Shown here: positions 8,806-12,028 of the stretch, piece after piece | How positions within the stretch are numbered: the first letter of the stretch is position 1 | Layout of the letters: each line of letters starts with the position of its first letter | UHGV virus genome: UHGV-0149822 | DNA length: 12,028 nt | Direction: 5' to 3' (one strand) | Source of the DNA: a virus | Notes under the pieces: model-generated | Told to the model about the DNA's origin: nothing | What the model saw: the letters and a program-made list of their open reading frames with translations, nothing else | The model's database searches: none | Position numbers and translations under genes: made by a program

Positions 8806-9046
8806 ATCAATCAGTAAGGCATTCAAGAAAGTGGTGAAAAGTACACTAGGGACCGTTGGTCTTGGCTCTGATGACGCGCCTAAGGTTGTTGAGGCTCAGA
8901 CCCCAGCGGCACCAGTGGAAGTACCGAACGACAAAGTGGAGGATGTGGATACTGAAACAACCGCATCTGACGAGAAGAAAGTGAAGCGTTCCGGTAAGCG
9001 TGGCCTTCAGGTCTCTCGCACCTCTGGTGGCGGTATTTCTATTTGA
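8798..9046 (+). CDS. gp7.3-like protein (in T7 a tail-associated protein needed for adsorption)
   Basis: SD AAGGAG (8785-8790) 7 nt before GTG 8798. Lys-rich N-terminus MGKSISKAFKKVVKS and C-terminal ...SGKRGLQVSRTSGGGISI resemble T7 gp7.3 as I recall it. Confidence 0.65.
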   Translation: MGKSISKAFKKVVKSTLGTVGLGSDDAPKVVEAQTPAAPVEVPNDKVEDVDTETTASDEKKVKRSGKRGLQVSRTSGGGISI

Positions 9047-9459
9047 CCGGGTGCATCGAGTGGAAGTGGGCCAAATCCCCTGATGGGTATGGACAGAAGC
9101 GTATAGACGGAAAGTTAGTGTATATGCACCGACTCGCTTACGCCGATGCCTATGGTCCAATACCTGACGGAATGCTCGTCCGTCACAAATGTGATAACCC
9201 CTCATGTTTCAACGTTAACCACTTAGAGCTGGGGACGCAACGTGATAACATGCAGGACGCTTCAAGTCGAGGTAGGATTAACACTACCAAGAAGGCTAGA
9301 GGTGAATCTCAGGGATTATCAGTTTTAACAGAAGACCTTGTTCGAGAAATCCGCAAGTCAACTGTAGGCTGCACGACCTTAGCTCGTGAGCTTGGCGTTA
9401 GTAAGTCTACCGTACTGCGTGTTCGCCAAGGTAAAACATGGAGGCACGTAGATGGCTGA
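9043..9459 (+). CDS. HNH homing-endonuclease-like protein with C-terminal HTH-like region (copy 2; at the T7 gene 7.7 position)
   Basis: HNH motif RHKCDNPSCFNVNHLELGTQRDN. Paralogous to the 3535-3936 protein at protein and nucleotide level. Apparent TTG start at 9043 overlaps the gp7.3-like stop (TTGA); no good SD, suggesting coupled or low-level translation. Stop 9457-9459 overlaps the portal start. Confidence 0.8.
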   Translation: MTGCIEWKWAKSPDGYGQKRIDGKLVYMHRLAYADAYGPIPDGMLVRHKCDNPSCFNVNHLELGTQRDNMQDASSRGRINTTKKARGESQGLSVLTEDLVREIRKSTVGCTTLARELGVSKSTVLRVRQGKTWRHVDG

Positions 9460-9736
9460 ACGTGAAGGATTTGCTGCTGAAGGCGCGAAGGCAGTTTATG
9501 ATAGACTGAAGAACGGTAGACAACCATATGAGACACGCGCTCAGAACTGTGCTTCTGTCACTATCCCGTCACTGTTTCCTAAGGAGTCAGACAACTCGTC
9601 TACGGAATACGTGACGCCGTGGCAAGCTGTAGGTGCTCGCTGTTTGAACAACTTGGCTGCAAAGCTGATGTTGGCGTTATTCCAGAGGCTGCTGCTCGTG
9701 TTGACGAAGGGCTGGCTATGGTCGAGCGTGTGTTGA
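9452..9736 (+). CDS. gp8: Head-to-tail connector (portal) protein, N-terminal fragment (T7 gene 8 homolog); frame terminates prematurely
   Basis: SD GGAGG (9438-9442) before ATG 9452. MAEREGFAAEGAKAVYDRLKNGRQPYETRAQNCASVTIPSLFPKESDN.STEY.TPWQAVGAR.LNNLAAKLMLALF matches the T7 gp8 N-terminus. Similarity stops after F (9680-9682); the frame then reads QRLLLVLTKGWLWSSVC and stops at 9734-9736. Confidence 0.85.
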   Translation: MAEREGFAAEGAKAVYDRLKNGRQPYETRAQNCASVTIPSLFPKESDNSSTEYVTPWQAVGARCLNNLAAKLMLALFQRLLLVLTKGWLWSSVC

Positions 9737-10956
9737 TGGCCTACATGGAGACTAACAGTTTCCGTGTCCCATTGTTCGAAGCTCTGAAGCAGCTTATCGT
9801 CTCCGGTAACTGTCTGCTCTACATTCCAGAGCCTGAACAGGGTACTTATAGTCCTATGCGAATGTACCGCTTAGTGTCCTACGTTGTTCAACGTGATGCT
9901 TTCGGTAACATCTTGCAGATTGTGACTCTCGACAAGGTAGCGTTTAGTGCTCTACCGGAAGACGTGAAGTCTCAACTCAACGCAGACGACTATGAGCCTG
10001 ACACCGAGCTGGAAGTATATACGCACATCTACCGTCAGGACGACGAGTATCTGCGCTACGAGGAAGTGGAAGGAATTGAGGTAGCAGGGACCGAGGGTTC
10101 TTACCCACTGACTGCATGTCCGTACATCCCTGTACGAATGGTTCGACTGGATGGTGAAGACTATGGTCGTTCTTACTGCGAGGAGTATCTGGGAGACCTT
10201 AACTCGCTGGAGACGATTACAGAAGCTATCACCAAAATGGCTAAGGTAGCCTCCAAGGTGGTGGGCCTCGTTAACCCGAACGGTATCACGCAACCTCGTC
10301 GTCTGAACAAGGCGGCTACAGGTGAGTTCGTTGCTGGTCGCGTCGAGGACATCAACTTCCTGCAACTGACGAAAGGTCAGGACTTTACGATTGCCAAGTC
10401 GGTGGCTGATGCTATCGAGCAACGTTTAGGCTGGGCCTTCCTTCTTAATAGTGCTGTTCAGCGTAATGCCGAGCGAGTCACTGCTGAAGAGATTCGTTAT
10501 GTTGCTGGCGAACTGGAGGCGACCTTAGGTGGCGTGTACTCAGTACAGTCACAAGAGCTTCAGTTGCCTATCGTCCGTGTACTGATGAACCAGCTTCAGT
10601 CTGCTGGCATGATTCCTGACCTTCCGAAAGAAGCGGTAGAGCCTACGGTCTCCACTGGTCTGGAAGCTCTGGGCCGTGGTCAGGACTTGGAGAAGCTGAC
10701 TCAGGCGGTTAACATGATGACTGGTCTCCAGCCGCTAGCTCAGGACCCGGACATCAACTTGCCGACCCTTAAGCTGCGACTCCTGAACGCTCTAGGCATC
10801 GACACCGCTGGCCTACTCCTGACGCAAGACGAGAAGATTCAGCGCATGGCTGAGCAGTCGTCTCAACAGGCAGTTGTCCAAGGTGCGTCTGCTGCTGGCG
10901 CTAACATGGGTGCTGCTGTAGGTCAGGGAGCTGGTGAGGACATGGCTCAAGCCTAA
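9619..10956 (+). CDS. gp8: Head-to-tail connector (portal) protein, C-terminal portion in a different frame (T7 gene 8 homolog)
   Basis: From about 9682 (P-E-A-A-A-R-VDEGLAMVERVLMAY...) to the stop at 10954-10956 this frame is colinear with T7 gp8 residues about 105 onward (e.g. YRLVSYVVQRDAFGN, LRYEEVEG, CPYIP.RMVRLDGE.YGRSY.EEYLGDL, GLVNP.GITQPRRL, VTAEEIRYVA.ELE.TLGGVYS, LKLR..NA.GIDT). The first ATG of the ORF (9619) is upstream of where homology resumes. Confidence 0.9.
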   Translation: MASCRCSLFEQLGCKADVGVIPEAAARVDEGLAMVERVLMAYMETNSFRVPLFEALKQLIVSGNCLLYIPEPEQGTYSPMRMYRLVSYVVQRDAFGNILQIVTLDKVAFSALPEDVKSQLNADDYEPDTELEVYTHIYRQDDEYLRYEEVEGIEVAGTEGSYPLTACPYIPVRMVRLDGEDYGRSYCEEYLGDLNSLETITEAITKMAKVASKVVGLVNPNGITQPRRLNKAATGEFVAGRVEDINFLQLTKGQDFTIAKSVADAIEQRLGWAFLLNSAVQRNAERVTAEEIRYVAGELEATLGGVYSVQSQELQLPIVRVLMNQLQSAGMIPDLPKEAVEPTVSTGLEALGRGQDLEKLTQAVNMMTGLQPLAQDPDINLPTLKLRLLNALGIDTAGLLLTQDEKIQRMAEQSSQQAVVQGASAAGANMGAAVGQGAGEDMAQA

Positions 10957-10974
10957 ACTATCACTATAGGAACA
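10952..10974 (+). promoter_or_regulatory. Phage-RNAP promoter (CCTAAACTATCACTATAGGAACA), phi9-equivalent
   Basis: Contains the 18-nt motif CTAAACTATCACTATAGG. Overlaps the portal stop codon and lies 97 nt upstream of the scaffolding gene. Initiating region is GGA rather than GGGA. Predicted +1 G at 10969. Confidence 0.7.
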
Positions 10975-11071
10975 CCGAAAGTAAGAGCGACTAAGTCGAC
11001 CATATGGTAGCCGTTAGTCCCACACTGCAAGTAGGTGTTTACTTATTAACGACTTAAAGGAGAATGACTCA

Positions 11072-11956
11072 ATGTCTCAATCAGTTTATGCCGAGTTCGG
11101 CGTTAGCTCTAATGCAATCACTGGTTCCGTTGAGGACCTGAACGAACACCAGAAGTCTATGCTTGAACAGGACGTAGCTGTTCGTGACGGAGACGACGCT
11201 ATTACCTTCAAGCAACTGGAAGCCGAAAACGAAGAGGCTACCGAAGAAGACGAAAACGTCGAAGAGACTGAAGGTGAAGAAGACCACGAGTCCGATGACG
11301 AAGAGTCTGAGACCGATGGTGATCAGCCTGAGTTCATCGAACTAGGTGATGCACCGAAAGAGCTGACTGAAAGTGTCACAGCTCTGGATGAAAACGAAGC
11401 TGCATTTGACGACATGGTGTCTTCTGCTGTAGAAGCTGGCAAGGTCACTGCTGATGAAATTACCGCTATCAAGGCTGAATACGCCAAGGACGGTAAGCTG
11501 TCTGACGCATCCTACGCTAAGTTGCAGGAAGCAGGTTACACCAAGCGTTTCGTAGATTCGTTTGTTCGTGGTCAGGAAGCTCTGGCTGAACAGTATGCTG
11601 CTGGTGTGGTTCGCTACGCTGGTGGTGCTGAACAGTTTAATCGCATCCTGTCACACCTTGAGTCCAACGACCCGTCAACTCGTGAAGCACTGGAAGCTGC
11701 TATCGTTCGTAAGGACATTGCAACTACCAAAGCTCTGCTGAATCTGGCTGGCAAGACTCTGGGTAAAGCTGTGGGTGTTAAACCTCAGCGTACAATCACC
11801 GCTCAGGCTAAACCTGTGGTCGCACCTAAGGCTCCTCAGACCGAAGCATTTAGCTCCAAGGCTGATATGATTAAGGCTATGAGTGACCCGCGATACCTGC
11901 GTGACGCCAAGTACACGATGGAAGTTCGCGCTAAGGTAGCTGCCTCAAGCCTGTAG
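11072..11956 (+). CDS. gp9: Capsid assembly (scaffolding) protein (T7 gene 9 homolog)
   Basis: SD AAGGAG (11057-11062) before ATG 11072; 294 aa with a highly acidic N-terminal half. VYAEFGV...ARDGDDAI, SYAKL.E.GYTK.F.DS..RGQEAL.EQY, YAGG...F, MIKAMSDPRY..DA.Y match T7 gp9 as I recall it. Confidence 0.9.
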   Translation: MSQSVYAEFGVSSNAITGSVEDLNEHQKSMLEQDVAVRDGDDAITFKQLEAENEEATEEDENVEETEGEEDHESDDEESETDGDQPEFIELGDAPKELTESVTALDENEAAFDDMVSSAVEAGKVTADEITAIKAEYAKDGKLSDASYAKLQEAGYTKRFVDSFVRGQEALAEQYAAGVVRYAGGAEQFNRILSHLESNDPSTREALEAAIVRKDIATTKALLNLAGKTLGKAVGVKPQRTITAQAKPVVAPKAPQTEAFSSKADMIKAMSDPRYLRDAKYTMEVRAKVAASSL

Positions 11957-11957
11957 A

Positions 11958-11980
11958 ACTAAACTATCACTATAGGGAGA
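11958..11980 (+). promoter_or_regulatory. Phage-RNAP promoter (ACTAAACTATCACTATAGGGAGA), phi10-equivalent (late promoter for the major capsid gene downstream of the window)
   Basis: Best copy of the motif; -6..+6 (CACTATAGGGAGA) is identical to the T7 consensus. Sits immediately after the scaffolding gene stop. Predicted +1 G at 11975. Confidence 0.8.
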
Positions 11981-12005
11981 CCAAGATAAAGACTCAAGGT
12001 TTCCC
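11975..12005 (+). other. Predicted 5' stem-loop of the gene 10 leader RNA (GGGAGACC ... GGUUUCCC)
   Basis: 11975-11982 GGGAGACC can pair with 11998-12005 GGTTTCCC (8 bp with one G-U), starting at the predicted +1. These are the same stem sequences as the T7 gene 10 leader hairpin, with a longer 15-nt loop. Confidence 0.5.
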
Positions 12006-12028
12006 TATTACTTCAGTCCATACGGATT

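Noticed and set aside
9619-9736. An intron or intein explaining the split portal gene
   Set aside because: The two portal segments overlap rather than being separated by intervening sequence, so there is nothing to splice out. A frameshift or deletion explains it better.
10999-11008. Perfect 10-bp palindrome ACCATATGGT in the gene 9 leader
   Set aside because: Too short for a confident operator or terminator, no flanking T-run, and it could occur by chance.
11003-11056. 17-codon ORF (MVAVSPTLQVGVYLLTT) in the gene 9 leader
   Set aside because: No SD upstream; most likely a chance ORF in the 5' UTR.

Overview
This window is a co-linear stretch of a T7-like podophage genome (Autographiviridae-type layout), running from the 3' end of gene 3 to the leader of gene 10. 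All supported genes are on the + strand and tightly packed, often with overlapping stop/start codons. Recognisable products are endonuclease I (partial), lysozyme/amidase, primase-helicase, family A DNA polymerase, small gp5.5/5.7/5.9-position proteins, 5'-3' exonuclease, gp6.5/6.7/7/7.3-position proteins, the portal and the scaffolding protein. Identifications rest on motifs read directly from the translations plus my recollection of T7 protein sequences; no database search was run. Four copies of a phage-RNA-polymerase-type promoter motif (CTAAACTATCACTATAGG, one degenerate) sit where T7 has class II/III promoters. Departures from the T7 plan: (1) a 157-aa ORF of unknown function inserted between endonuclease I and lysozyme; (2) two paralogous HNH endonuclease genes, each abutting an essential gene (DNA polymerase, portal); (3) the portal gene is split across two reading frames near 9682; (4) small unannotated candidate ORFs (a 30-aa hydrophobic peptide after gene 6, a basic peptide after gene 4); (5) an acidic 78-aa protein ending in an acidic-Phe tail. 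No tRNA, rRNA, CRISPR array, integrase or transposase was seen.
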